A stretch of DNA of 64,000 bases from Camelus ferus (GCF_009834535.1 NC_045697.1:30320001-30384000), one strand, 5' to 3'; shown: positions 12,431 to 25,511, numbered from the stretch's first letter. Made by a program: numbers and translations. The notes: generated from the letters alone by a model not told the origin.

Positions 12431-15388
12431 TGAAAATGTTATGTTGCAAAAACACATTTACAGTTAGAATTTAGCTTTCCATTGCACTTTATCGCCTTAC
12501 TGTTAGAATAAGGTGAACTTGAACTCTGCTGTTGTCCTCAGCTCATCACAAATAAAATAACTGGTATCATTTTGTGATCTAGTATGAAACTGGAAAAAAT
12601 GTGGTCTAAGGTGAAACGGAAAAAAGAAAAATCATAGTGGATCTCTTAACTGTTCACTTGCTTGCTTTCCTGTACTTAGTGAAATTTACAGCCTAGTGGG
12701 TGAGTTATTTGTAACCCTAAAATGATTCACAATATACAATATATTCAAAGTTATAAATCAACACAAGATAACATAGAGGAATGTATTTCTCTTCCAGGTA
12801 TTTAGAGTTGGCAGACGTTTACTATGGCAATTTTAATAACTGATACTAAGCAGAATACTGTACAAGTGAGTTAAATCCTTGTCTACTTAGACATTATAAT
12901 TTGCAGCATTATGGAAATCAGTTGTATAAAGACAATTTTGATAGGTGAATAAATATTGAATTAGTAAATGAGTTGTCCACATCAGGGGAAAAGTGGTAGC
13001 TCAATACATTTTTTAAAAAGAGTATTAGGAGAATTGATTTCTAAAGATTTAGTGGTATAGAGTCTTAGGAACATATGCATTGTTGATTCATAATGCTCTT
13101 TCCCTTAGTATATAGGAGTATTTGAAGCTGATTATAAAATAATTCTGAGCTTTGGGAAGGGAAAGTTTATCTCATTCCTGTAGCTTGGTTGAATGAAGAC
13201 TCCTCAAAGCAGTGGTCAACCAAGATCCTTGAGAGTTACCAGTCTAGACAGGTGGTTTGTCAGCAAAGTTGTTTTTTTTTTTTTAAACTCATTATGGTGA
13301 GTTTTGAACATACATAAAAATAGAATAGTATAATGAACCTCCATATTATCACTCAACCCTCATTACAATCCTCCACCATGGCCACCCTTGTCTATTTTCA
13401 CCTCTTTTCTCTTCTGGTTTAATTTCACATTATTCTATAACACTTAGTAAAAATTTTGTTGTGTTTCTAAAAGATGAGGATCCTTTTTTAAGATCAATAT
13501 TTTAAAAAAACAATAATTATAATTAACATAGGTCTTTTAGACTAGGTGACTAGAAGTGATTGACTAAGAGTAATGCCCTGATATGAAAAAGACACAATTT
13601 TATAACAATAAGCATAACATGAGAGGAGGGGGAAATTCTAGTGTTTTTCAGTAAAAGGAAGACTTTTTCCCCTCTATTGCTGTCCTCAAAGACACAGAGA
13701 CCACCACCCTCTAGAGGAAGTGATAGGAAGATTTTGCCTTCCCACTTCACTTTCTCTCTCCTAAAGGAGCTCGTGTATCCAATGATCTCATCCTTGAAAA
13801 CATGGGGAGTGTGGGACTTTGGCAGTTTTAACAGAGAGTGGGACTAGGTCAATGATTCAAGGAAGGGAGTGCTGTTAACCAATTACTTACGTAATTGGGG
13901 CCATGCCATTAAATTAAGAGAGGGATATAACAGTAGAACCATATTTCTTTTTAAATTGTAGATATTTTCAAATAAACTGGAATTTAGGTCAATTTATTCC
14001 CAATTTTATTTTTTAAAATTATATTCTTTAAAAAATAGTAGTTTATAGTATTTTTTCATTAAATTCTTTACATTTGGAGCTCTACAACCATTTATACATA
14101 GACTTCCAAGAGTAGTAGGCCATTTCATTTAAGTAACAAACCACAAACCCTCAAGACAAAGAAATGAAACGAACTGATCTAGAATAAAGTTGATACCTTT
14201 TTTTGTCATTAAGTCATAAAAAATAGTTATATATGTAGGTTTCTCTGATTTGAAATAATGGTCCTTGATACTGTGAATTACCAGGTTCATGTTTTGCAGT
14301 TTAATTTAGTACTATCCAAAGCATATAGTTTATCTTTTGAAGTGTTTAGAAATGACCTTTTTACTAATAATCACTATTAGTTTTCAAGATCCTAGCTTCC
14401 TAGGTGCTAAGCTTCCTTTAAGGGCTTACTGTATTATTGGGCTTATTTTGAACGGTTTTTTAAATGAACTTTATTTTCCTTTCCTGAGGTCAATCCTAAT
14501 AACAAAATAAAAGCGAAACAATCCTTACAAAAATACTGGAACAGTTTTTAGGAAAATTTTTTAATTTTTTAATTTGGGCTCTTTTAGTTATATGGATATA
14601 TTGCTGGAAATACTTTTTCAAAGTGAGTAATTAAACATTCACTCTTAGAATTAGAACCCACCAGAGGGCTTTTTTTCCCTTTCCTTTTGGGAACGAAATG
14701 ATCCTTCATTGCCAGTCCAAGATAATGGGAGGTAGGGGGCAAGGAAAGATGTGGGAGAAGGGATGAATAAAGAGACAGATGGTGGAGAGGCTAGGGGCCA
14801 GAAGGGAAAAGTGACTACTGTCTCTCTGAGGTGGACTCTCTGTTATGGTCGCATAAGAGACTCCATGGGAAAGTAAATAAATGTTTTGCCACATTCTCCT
14901 GGCTCTTTTTTTATTCAGGATGTCTCTGGTTTTCTTTCTGGTGATAGATTCAACCAACATACCAGTTCAAATGTTAAAACATAATCAAGGAGTTAACAAA
15001 CACAAATACAGCAGGAGTAATGTCAGAAAGTCCACAAATGGTCTAGTCCTTAGACATTCCTTTAATTTCCTTGGGCCTCTTATTTCCACATTTGTAGAAT
15101 GTGACCAGTAGAGAATTATTTTGAGGATTGTTTGAGGTGAACATATTTGTACACTGTAGAACTTGGTATAAATAGCTACATTTTATATTATATTATGCTT
15201 CTCATTTTACCTTAGGATATTCTGGGACTCCTGGAATTTAAAGAACTACTTTCAAGATTCTACTTCATGAGTCAGTATTGGTAAAAACTTGTTTCCATGT
15301 TTTAAGTCAAAACCTTTCTGGGCAAAAAAAAAACTTTGGACCCCTTAAGAGAATATTTTCCTTTTTCCCTTATTAAAGTACAAGGCCT

Positions 15389-15580
15389 TCTGTATAGCAC
15401 AGGGAACTATATTCAATATCTTATAGTAATCTATAATGAAAAAATAAGAAAATGAGTATGTGTATTTATATGTATGACTGAAACATTATGCTGCATACCA
15501 GAAATTGACACAACACTGTAAGCTGACTATACGTCAATAAAAATTTTTTTAAAAAGAACTTTTAAAATTGAAAGAAAAAA
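15389..15580 (+). mobile_element. 5'-truncated L1 3' tail
   Basis: Sequence tgtatagcacagggaactatattcaat...aataaaaa. Degenerate TSD aaagtacaaggcct / aaaatacaaagcct. Confidence 0.85.
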
Positions 15581-15974
15581 AAAATACAAAGCCTCATGTT
15601 GACAGGTGGATTTTTTTTTTTAACTCCTACGATTCCGGGGACATAAAGGCAAGGGACAGAAAGCAAACATGCTATAACTTGGCACAATCAGATCAGTCTC
15701 TGTAACTATAAGAGCTCTCTCCAGAAGTACGTCTTCAAAAATCAGTAAATGATTAAAAGTCTTCTCCAAAACATGCTCTTTCTAAGCTATGCCAGATGAA
15801 TTCATAAGAAGGATACAAAAACAATCTAAGACATGCTCGAAACTAAATTATCTGAAATGTGCAGAGAATGATGCCCAGAATTTACAATCCTGTCTTTTTT
15901 AGGGCAGAAATTGGGTGCACTTTGAGACACCTGGGAAGACGCAGAGATAAGATCATTGAAAGGCTGTAGAGCAT

Positions 15975-16165
15975 GGCCAAGCTCTGGGGCTGTGAGTCTG
16001 ACAGACCTAGTTTCAGTCACTTCTTAACTATGTGATCTCTGTTTTTTCCTGTAAAATGGGGTAATGATACCCCATGCATGGTGAAATGATAAGATGAGCT
16101 CAAGCACATAGGGTGTTTAGCACAGTGTTCACGTAAAGGGCTCAAAACATTTTGGCTGTCATTAT
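15975..16165. mobile_element. MIR SINE remnant
   Basis: MIR core ctgtaaaatggggtaatgatacc...gtgtttagcacagtg. Confidence 0.6.
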
Positions 16166-16549
16166 CATCATCATCTCTAATTTAGAACAATTCTGTGGAG
16201 TACTTTATTGAATAAATTGAGCAGTTGTTAACATAACTCCTCATTTATTTATATCCCAAACAGCAGAAGTAACTGTAATTATTTTCCACGTACTGTTTGG
16301 TAATAATTGATATTTGTAACAATGACCACCTCCCATTTTCTCCCCTACCAGATACTGTAAAATTTTGAATTGCCAAAGAAAGCTTAAACTTTAGAGATTA
16401 CATGATATTGTGATATAATGGCAAGAGAACAGAATAAGGGCCAGAATCCTGGCTTCAGAAGTAACTATTTCATACAGATCTGTGAGCTTGGGTAATCTGT
16501 TTAACCACTCTTTTGAAAAATAGAGGGAAATATTGGATCAAAATCACTA

Positions 16550-16755
16550 ATTTATGGATACTAACTACTATACATAAAATAGATAAACAGGAAGGTCCCA
16601 TTGCATAGCACAGGGAACTATATTCAATACCTTATAATAGCCTATAATAAAAAAGAATATGAAAAGGAATGTATATATGTGTAAGTGAATCACTATGCTG
16701 TACACCAGAAATTAACACCACATTGTAAACTGAGTATACTTCAATTTAAAAAAAA
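16550..16755 (+). mobile_element. 5'-truncated L1 3' tail
   Basis: Same L1 3' UTR as at 15389, 21000 and 35030 (tagcacagggaactatattcaat...ctgtacaccagaaatt), ending in an A-run. Confidence 0.85.
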
Positions 16756-17262
16756 TTTTTTTAAGTTTGGATTTCTATAATTTTGGATACCATTAAAAAA
16801 AATCACAAATATATATATGATGGGACAGGGTTTCACATTCCCTATCACTTCCTTCCATTTTCTAGAATGTTTAATTCTAAAGACTACATTATTAGAAGGG
16901 CTGGGGGATTTTTATTAGTTTGTTTGTTTTCCCAAATAAAATTCATCTTTTTTTTTTCTTTTATAGAAGGGTATTTTTAAATAATGTTACCTACAGTAGT
17001 GAAGGAGAAAAGTATCAGTGCAATGAGGAAAGATCTAATTGCATTAGATATTTTATCTGGGGGTCAGACCCTTCATGGGGACTTTTTCCCTCTGTCTCAA
17101 GCATATTCAAGTTTTGAAACCTGCTCACTATCAAAAGCAGAACCAGCTGGAGCACAGGAAGACTGACAATGTCCTTTGGAGGCAAGACCCAGGAAGAACG
17201 AGCTGAGACTTCAAGGAGTGAGTGTATCAAAAGAACTAAGAGACCGTGTGTGTGTATAGAGC

Positions 17263-17570
17263 AGTGCTGTCCAATAGGAATATAATGCAAGGTACAAATG
17301 CAAGCCACATATGTCATTTAAAGCTTTCTAGTGGCTAAAAACAGTAAAAAGAAACAGGTGAAATTAATTTTTATAATATGTTTTATTTAACCCACTATAT
17401 CCAAAACATTATCATTTCAACAGTTATTAATTCATAATTTTACATTCTTTTTTCATATTAAGCCCACAATATATATTGTATTCTTACAGCACATCTCAGT
17501 TCAGACCAACCATGTATCAAATGCTCACTCTCCACATACGACTATTGGCTAACGTACCAAACAGCAGAGA
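17263..17570. mobile_element. MER33-like DNA transposon
   Basis: Sequence cagtgctgtccaataggaatataatgcaag...acagcacatctcagttcagac. Homologous to 31310-31580. Confidence 0.7.
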
Positions 17571-17863
17571 TACTGAAGATACGAAGATTGTCAGAGATTC
17601 TCTGGCGACCTTGGTGTTACCACATGCTGTTCCCCCAGAGTCCAGAACTAAGTACTCCATGATTGTGAATGGAGCTTAGGGACAAGTAAAATAGACTAAA
17701 ACATTCCACAGGCTTGTGGACTTGTGGACTTTGTGTGGTTTGGGTTACACGGCCTGAAAAGGAAGCCATGACAAAACATTTGGGATTTTGTAAGTGATTA
17801 AATTGGCCAACATGAAGATTGCTTTATTATAGAATAAAACACCTTCCTCTCCCATAACATGGT

Positions 17864-18250
17864 GCATTATTATGTGCAGGCTGCCATAACAAAATATCAT
17901 AGACTGGGTGACTTAAACAACAGATATGTATTTTCTCACAGTTTTGGAGGTTGGGGAGTCCGAGGTCAAAGTGCCAGCTAGACAGATTACATCCTGAGGG
18001 CTCTTGGCTTGTAGGTTAGCCACCATCTCACTTTACGTTCAGGTGGCCTTTCTTTGACCTGTGTACATGGTGAAAGAGAAAGATAGCTCTCTCTTCCTGC
18101 TCTTAAAAAGCCACCTATTGGCTTAGGGCCCTACCCTCATGACCTCATTTAACCTTAATTACCTGCTAAAGGTCCTGTCTCCAAACACAGTCATATTGGG
18201 GGTTAGGACTTTAATATAAGAACTTGGCAAGGGGACAGTTTTGTCCAGAG
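17864..18250 (-). mobile_element. MLT1-type MaLR solo LTR
   Basis: Diagnostic ggctgccataacaaaatatcatagactgggtgacttaaacaacag...gggggttaggactt. Confidence 0.8.
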
Positions 18251-18819
18251 AGTATAGGCTTAGTGTTCAAGACACATACATAGAAACTATTTTATAATGA
18301 AGAAATAAAAGTGAAACCTAGGAGGTGGCGGAATGCCACTGTAGAGTGTTGCTGGAAGTACTGCACTCTCACCTGTGAGTTAAAGGCTCTGGCCCCGTTC
18401 ATGGCTGGGTCTGCCACTTACTACTACATGAACTGAGGCACATCACTTACTTTTCTAAGTTTCAATTTCCTTATCTGTAAAATAGGTAATAAACACCTAT
18501 CTCACAGGTGTTTGTCAGTTTAATAATGGATGTTGAAGAGCTTTTAAACTCTAGTACTATTTAGATTATTGGTGATGTCAAATTATGATATCTTGTACAT
18601 AGTAAGCACTGAAAATAAATACTTTAGAAATGACTTCAACATAGTAATGATGATATATGTCATTATATGCATCAGATAGTGTTAACGCCAAAGCTCTATA
18701 TCAATATAAGAGCAGGTTTGTACTACTACTAATGCCAAGAATCCATTTATTTCCTCCTTTGATTCTTAGAACACACATTAAATCATATAAGCTAATACTA
18801 CTTGTCAGAAGCGTTAGGT

Positions 18820-19640
18820 CTTCAGAATGTTCCCAAACCAATCCGTCAACAAATCTTGTCAGTTACATTTCACAATATATCCAGAATCTAACTATTTCTC
18901 TTCACCTGCCTCAGCTACCACCATCCAAACCACCTTCATCTCTCACGGAGACTGTTACAATAGCTTCCTCACTTTTCTCTTTTTTCTGTTTTTGCCCGCC
19001 CCCTTCCCTATCCTGTTCTCAGTGCAGTAATCACAATGATGCTATTAAATTATACATCAGAACATGTCTGCTCTGCTCCAAATCCTTCAGTGGCTCCCAC
19101 CGTCAAGCCCTTGCAGTGACCCACCAGCACCTACTTGATCACTTCCCCTTGGTCCTCATCTCCTACTACTTTCCCCCTTGTTCACTGTGTTCCAGCCCCA
19201 CTGGCTTTCTTGCTTTTCCTTGAATGTGCCAAGCACACTCCTGCTTGTTCCAAGCACACAAGCACCCCTTGTGTCCTTTCTACCTAGAATGTTGTCCTCC
19301 ATATCCATTTGACTCATTCCTTTACCTCCTTCAGGTCTCTATTCAAATGTCACCTTGCTGAGACCTTTCCTCGCCACCTTATTTAAATACACTACACCCT
19401 ACCTCTACACTGGCATTTTTTCTTCTCATTTCCTGCTTTATTTTTCTCTATAGTACGTATCATTGTCTTATACTGCTTATCATGTAACACATAGCATCAT
19501 TGTCTATTTCTTTGTTTATTTTGTTTATAATCTGTCTCCCCCATGATTCTTTAGGATCAGAATCATGTTTTGTTTTTTCATTGCTAAAAGCCAGTTTAGG
19601 TCATGGTAGGTATTCAGTAAATACACACTATATGCGTGAA
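18820..19640 (+). mobile_element. L2 LINE 3' remnant
   Basis: Pyrimidine-rich L2 motifs ending in taggtattcagtaaata. This explains spurious ORF 18657-19223. Confidence 0.7.
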
Positions 19641-19675
19641 CAACATCCATCCTAGTTAAACAGAAAAGGATTTTT

Positions 19676-19807
19676 GTTCTGTTTTGCTTTTATTTTTAAA
19701 AAAAATTTAGGTAGGTTTATATGTTTATTTAATGGAGGTCCTGGGGATTGAACCCAGGACCTCATGCATGCTAAGCATGCACTCTACCACTGAGCTATAC
19801 CCTCCCC
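19676..19807 (-). mobile_element. tRNA-Ala-derived SINE (Vic-1-like) with 16-bp TSD
   Basis: Reverse complement head GGGGAGGGTATAGCTCAGTGGTAGAG...GGTTCAATCCCCAG with an A-rich tail. TSD acagaaaaggattttt at 19660-19675 and 19808-19823. Confidence 0.92.
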
Positions 19808-20351
19808 ACAGAAAAGGATTTTTTTTTTTAAGGATATTGCATAGTTACCAAATTTTTTAAAAAGGAGGCGAGATGCTGACTTGGAAGCTCTATAACCAGG
19901 AACTATGTGGCTTCTTACTGCAGTTTCCACTGGACACAGTTGTCAATATTGCTGACACTCTCCAGGACATCTGCCCTACTGCCTCTGAATTTGTATATCT
20001 TTGCCTTGCAGCTCTTCCCTCATCAAAAATATGTTCCATGAGATGCCTTGCTTTTCCCATTACTTTCTTGCAAACTGAAGCCTCTCAGATTTCTGATGGT
20101 TGGTTGGTTTGAGGCTCTGTCACATCTGCAGGCCCTAGCTGGAAAGGAGCCTGGGAAAGCAAGTCGGCGTCTCGCCTCCTAGCTCGGAGGGATAAACTCA
20201 CACGGTAGAAGATTCCCCAGATAATGGAAGTATGTTCAAAATATGCTGGGCAGCCCCAAAATATAAATGTCCTTCTCTGGCACTGAATTCTATCATTTTT
20301 TAAAAAATTCTGAATCAGGAGACCTGAATTTAGTTTTAAAAACTGTTTAAA

Positions 20352-21150
20352 TATGGAGATTCCTCAAAAAACTAAAAATAAACTTGCCATATGATCTAGC
20401 AATCCCACTCCTGGGCACATATCTAGAGGAAACTCTAATTCAAAAAGATACATGCACTGCAGTGTTCATAGCAGCACTATTTACAATAGCCAAGACATGG
20501 AAGCAACGTAAATATCCATCAAGAGATAACTGGATGAAGAAGTTGCAGTAGGGGGGAGGATATAGTTCAAGCGCTAGAGCACATGCTTAGCATGCACAAG
20601 GTCCTGGGTTCAATCCCCAGCAGCTCCTCTAAAAATAAATAAATAAATAAACCTAATTATTGCCCCTTAAAAAAACGTTATAGTATATTTATATTTATAC
20701 AATGGAATACTACTCAGCCATAAAAAATAATAAAATAATACCATTTGCAGCATTATGGATGGACCTAGAGATCCTCATTCAAAGTGAAGTAAGCCAAAAG
20801 AGAAAGAAAAATACCATAAGATATCACTCATATTTGGAACCTAAAAGAAAAAAAAAGACACAAATGACCTTATTCACAAAACAGAAACAGACTCACAGAT
20901 ACAGAAAACAAATTTATGGCTACAAGGAGGGGAAGAGGAGGGAAAGGATAAATTGGGAGTTTGAGATTTGCAGATACTAACTACTATATAAACAACAAGT
21001 TTCTTCTGTATACGATAGGGAACTATATTCAATATAATGAAAAAGTATAAGAAAATGAATATATGTATGTATATGTATGACTGAAACATTATGCTGTACA
21101 CCAGAAATTGACACATTATAAACTAACTAAACTGCAATTTAAAAAAAAAC
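20352..21150 (+). mobile_element. L1 3' portion (ORF2 C-terminus + 3' UTR) interrupted by a SINE
   Basis: ORF 20702 reads MEYYSAIKNNKIIPFAALWMDLEILIQSEVSQK. A-tail at ~21140. Confidence 0.92.
20551..20675 (+). mobile_element. Vic-1-like tRNA-derived SINE nested in L1
   Basis: A box/B box head (ggttcaatccccag) and (AAAT)n tail. The L1 sequence resumes on both sides. Confidence 0.9.
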
Positions 21151-22340
21151 TTTGTTTAATCCAGAATTTGTTTCCAATAGCAACCATTAAACAATCTGTG
21201 CTTTCAAATTTACTTTCCTTATTCCTGACTTTGCTTCTAAGCTTTATCAGTTGCATATTTTCTTATTTGACATCCTGGTAAATAATAGCCCAAATCCACT
21301 GCCTGGAGTATGATTCCATCATGGACTTTATTCATTGTCTGGGGGGTGGAGTGAGTCAACAACATGAAGCTTCACTTACGGAAAAGGAGTAAGAGTGTGA
21401 GCCCATTATCAAAAAAAGCAGCAGGGGTGTAAAATATTGGGCCATCTCAGAGCTTCTTGCTTGTTAACCATAAAACCCAGAGGGGTATTCAGCAGGCAGG
21501 TCAGTGAGCAGCCTACTGCCCAGGTCAAATGGTATACTAGACTCTATGACTAGTCTTGACACCGTTTAACTACTTTTTCTATAACCTTTCATTTTTTTCT
21601 TTTTTTTTTTCTTTTTTTTTTTTTTTTTTGCAAGTCTATTACAGGAATGACTCTGCTAAATTAGAGATTTATGTTCAGAATTCACTGTCATTGCTGGAAT
21701 AACATGTAGCAGTGCAAGTTAATGAATAATTATTTTTTGTACTATGGCCTCTGATTGCAGTTCATTTGTCACAGCCATGTGGGTTTAGTAATTACTCTTT
21801 TGACACTTTCTAAAATGTTTTTAGCTTTTTAAAAACATTTTTGCTGCTGTTTTTAAATTTTTCTTTTGTTTGTTTAGTTCTTTTCTATTTATTCTATTCT
21901 TCCATTTGCCCTAATTCTTTGGAAAGACCATCAAAGGCTCTTGATAGTCTACTTCTGTTTAAGTATAAAGAGGAAAGTGAAATTCTTCAACTGGTTTTTT
22001 CCTTATTGTAAGTAAGTCAAACCCATGGTCAAGCTTGTTTACGATTTCACAGGCACAGTTTAGGCATCAGCTTTCAAGGGCATATTTTCAGCTTGTTACA
22101 AACCATGCTTTGGCCTCCCTTTTCCAAAGTCCCTTCCTTCTAAACCAGGAAATTCAGGGCAGGGGCAGTATTATTCTCCTCCCATTTCAGTTTCTCTGTA
22201 GCTGCTGTGTCCAGAAGTAAAAATGGCATAGCCAAAATTAATACCAGAGTCAACTCAATTCAACCCCTTAAAAAAAAAAGGCTAAAAAGATGGCCTGGAT
22301 ATTTTTAGAAATAATCAGTGTAAAATTTCACAGAAATCTG

Positions 22341-22400
22341 ATATATATATGTGTGTGTATATATGATATATATGTGTATATATGTATTTTTATATATAGA
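22341..22400. repeat. Imperfect (TA)/(TG) microsatellite
   Basis: Direct inspection. Confidence 0.8.
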
Positions 22401-22849
22401 TGTCTCACAAAAATATTTCCAGCAAGCTACCCAAAGACAAGGAAAGGAATTTTGACGGTGTTAGGAGATAGCAGAGTGAAGTTGGTGGGAAAAAGAAGCT
22501 GTAATGAAGCATGTCCACGCTGCTATAATATTTGGAAGTTCACAAGAAGCTGAGAATAAAATAGAGCAAGAATCTAGCCCTGTGTATCTTTTTGCCTTCC
22601 TATCCTCACTTGCATAGATATTTGAGGCAAGAAGAGAAGTATTATCCCGTATTTCTCTCTCCCTGATTCTCAAGAGTGATGGTGAAATGGACAGAGCTGG
22701 ACGATAGGAAAAAGTATCAGTATTAAGATGCATGGGTAAGGATTCCAGAATTTAGAAATACACAAATACACACACATACATACACATATTTGGTAGAAGC
22801 TGGTGGGCATTGCCTTTAATATGCAGTTTTGAACTGTGACTCAGAGAAG

Positions 22850-23043
22850 CAGGGTTCTTCAACAGCGGCTCTATTGACATTTTGAGGGGTCTAAGTCTTT
22901 GTTGTGACAGGCTACCCTGCGCCTCGTATGATGTTTAGCAGCATCTTTGGCCTCTACCCACTAGATGCTACTAGTTTCCAGCTGTGACAACCAAAATGTC
23001 TCCAGACACTGCCAAAAGATGCCACTGGTTGAGAATCACTGCT
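22850..23043. mobile_element. MER20-like hAT DNA transposon
   Basis: Sequence gatgtttagcagcatc..ggcctctacccactagatgc. TIR-like ends cagggttcttcaac / gttgagaatcactg. Confidence 0.8.
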
Positions 23044-23639
23044 GCAAAGCCAACATGATGTGGTTAGGCGGGAGAACACGGGAGTGAGCTGGGCAGGCAG
23101 GCTAGTAATGCTGGAGAGGCAGAATTGCGAGGGTACCTAAGGAGAGATGGGAGGAGATGGTGGATGATAAAATTGACTGGAATTCTGGGACAGGGCATGT
23201 GGGTCCCTATAAGAGAGGGAAAGGGTCCTAGAGGCTGAGAGAGCCTTTTAGGAATGTAACAAAAAGTCATGCGACATTGAAGGGGAGAGCGTGCTTGCTC
23301 TTCTGATGGTGGGGTCAGAAGGGAAACAGGCAATATCTTAACTACTGCCTAACTGTGGTAAGTACCTATGGTGGTAAAGTTGCTGTGCTCTTTCTATAGG
23401 AAATTGTGACTTACCTTGCTCACTGTGAGTAAGGATGCATGGCGATCCCAACAGGCCCCACTGAGGAGAAACTGAGGTCCCTATGCTTTGGTAAGTCCTT
23501 GCAAGACTTGCTTTATCTGTCAGCTGACTCCTAGCGAGCAGTGGTGAACTACATTCATCTGATTTATATATATACCTCTTGCCCTATGTTGTGGCGTTCC
23601 ATGGCAAGTCTGCAGGCCTCAATCTCATTTACTCTCTGT

Positions 23640-24621
23640 GATTCCAACTCTAACAAACCAAAACGTCAGAGTTTGGAGCAGAGAAAGGTTTACTGCAGGG
23701 CCAAGGACCAGTGGTTCATGTTGTGGGACAACGTGGCGGCTGGTTGGTGACATGGTGACACACGGGTTGGTAAAAGAATTTACCAAAGTATGGGAATAGA
23801 GAGGAGTTTATTAGGGTTCGCTGCTATAGGCAACAGCGGGCCACACAGATGAGAGGTGCCTGTGTGAGCCCCAAGGGCCAGTTGTTGGGGTCTTTTATAA
23901 GGTTGGTTCACAGGGTGCATGACTGCCTTGTGCACAGGTCTCTGCTTGTAGGTGAGGTAAGAGGTTTAGGGTGAAGGGTGGTGGGGCTTATGACTCTGAT
24001 AAGGTGGGCTGAAACAAGCCAGCCTGAGAATTATCGAGGGCAATTAGTCTGTTAGGGGAAACATGCCCAGTAAAGTATGTCCTTTATCTGTTGAGGGATC
24101 ATAGGCAGACATCTGAGAGCCTAGGAATACGGGTCGTTGGACTTTGAAGGACATCACTTGGCCCAACAGCTCATGCTCAAAACCCCTGAACTCTCCCATG
24201 GTTTTGGGGGGAAAATTTTTATAGGCAAAATTTGGGGTGAGGACTGCAGGGTGTGTGTGACTTTCTTCTGATTGGCTGGTGGTGAGGTAATAGGGTGATA
24301 TTCCAGGAACCTTGTGCTCCGCCTGAAGCTGCCATCCTCCACCTGGCTGGGGGGCCTTAGTTCTTGCAGAACTCAAAGATAGTGTTGTGTATATTCCTTG
24401 AGGGGGAACCTGGACCCTGCTTCAAGGCTGCACTATTGATTCCAGACCCTTCCTCCCTTAACTGCATTCCCTCCCTTCCCTAATTAGCAACTGTTTGAAT
24501 CTGCCCTTTGGAGCTCAGGGAAGGTCAAGAGGCTGAATGAAGCCTACTTCTTACAAACAAGAAATGGGAGACAAGGAAAGGATTTGTACCAGAGAGGGCC
24601 CCACAGGGTCCTGCTGTTTCA
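23640..24621 (-). mobile_element. ERV1-like solo LTR (family A), split by a nested LTR
   Basis: Its reverse complement aligns by eye with the LTR at 27159-27738 (tgaaac..gcaggaccctgtg...ccaaagggcag..tcaaacagtt.ctaattagggaag). Confidence 0.85.
23719..24168 (-). mobile_element. Solo LTR (family B) nested in the family A LTR
   Basis: TG...CA ends and a 5-bp TSD gttca/gctca. Reverse-complement TATA and AATAAA are present. Homologous to 31584-32056. Confidence 0.88.
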
Positions 24622-24900
24622 TGATGAATGAGATAATGCACATAAAGTGTGTGGCAATTAGTAAATGATCAGTATTAGTTCTACTGCTACTATCATACTT
24701 TGAAATTATCTAATTATTTTTAAATTTTCTGTCTCCTCCAATAGAAAATAAGCTCTATGATACTGGAATCTGACCTGTTTAGTACATACAGGGAGCTGCT
24801 GAATATGTCTCAAGTTGAACATTAAAATAAAGTAAGAATGAGATTTCTCAAAGAATTTAGGATCAAAGGAAATTTCCCTAAGGAACTTTAAAACTGACAC

Positions 24901-25511
24901 TGTTACCTGAAAACTGGGTTCACCTCTTGGTGGGTGTCGAGCTAAGAGACAAAACCGAGCCAAAGATCAGGAGAAGGGAGGATTTATTACTTGCAGCAAG
25001 TACGGAAAACACTGGGAATCTTTCCCAAAGCAGTGTCTCCCCAACAGCAAAACTGGGGACATTTTATAAGCTAAGGATACATGTATATACATGAAGGGTC
25101 TTGAACAGAGGAGAACTCAGCATAGAATTGGGGCAAAGGTTGACAGAGTCCAAGCTTTAGTTGACTGAAGTCATGAGGGTAAGAAAAGGCCAACACCATC
25201 ATTCTGTCCTCCACCTGAGTGGGGGCCTTAGTTCCTGCAGAACTCAGAGTCATTCATCAGATTGTTATGTATATCCCTTGAGGAGGAACTAGGACTCTGT
25301 TTTATTGCAGAACTATTGTTTCTTGACTGCTTTCCCTTTGTTCCTACACTCCTTCATTTCCCTTAAGATCATTAATTACCGAGACCTGTTCAAGGGCAAG
25401 CATTGTTGTCAGGCTTAGATCACAAAACAGCTTTGGCCAAAAATGGCTTCTCTTATGTCAAGAAAGTCTTGGTTCTCTTTCTTTAGGGACCCCCTACCTT
25501 GTTTGCTTACA
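24901..25511 (-). mobile_element. ERV1-like solo LTR related to family A
   Basis: Ends tgttac...ttaca. Shares tcctccacctg..tgggggccttagttc.tgcagaactca with 24335-24375. Confidence 0.8.

Noticed and set aside
18657..19223. 188-aa ORF
   Set aside because: It overlaps a decayed L2 element and has no recognisable protein features.
19733..19807. tRNA-Ala(AGC) gene (also copies at 20551, 32840, 35635, 49417)
   Set aside because: Extra 5' bases, an imperfect acceptor stem, A-rich tails and TSDs identify these as SINEs.
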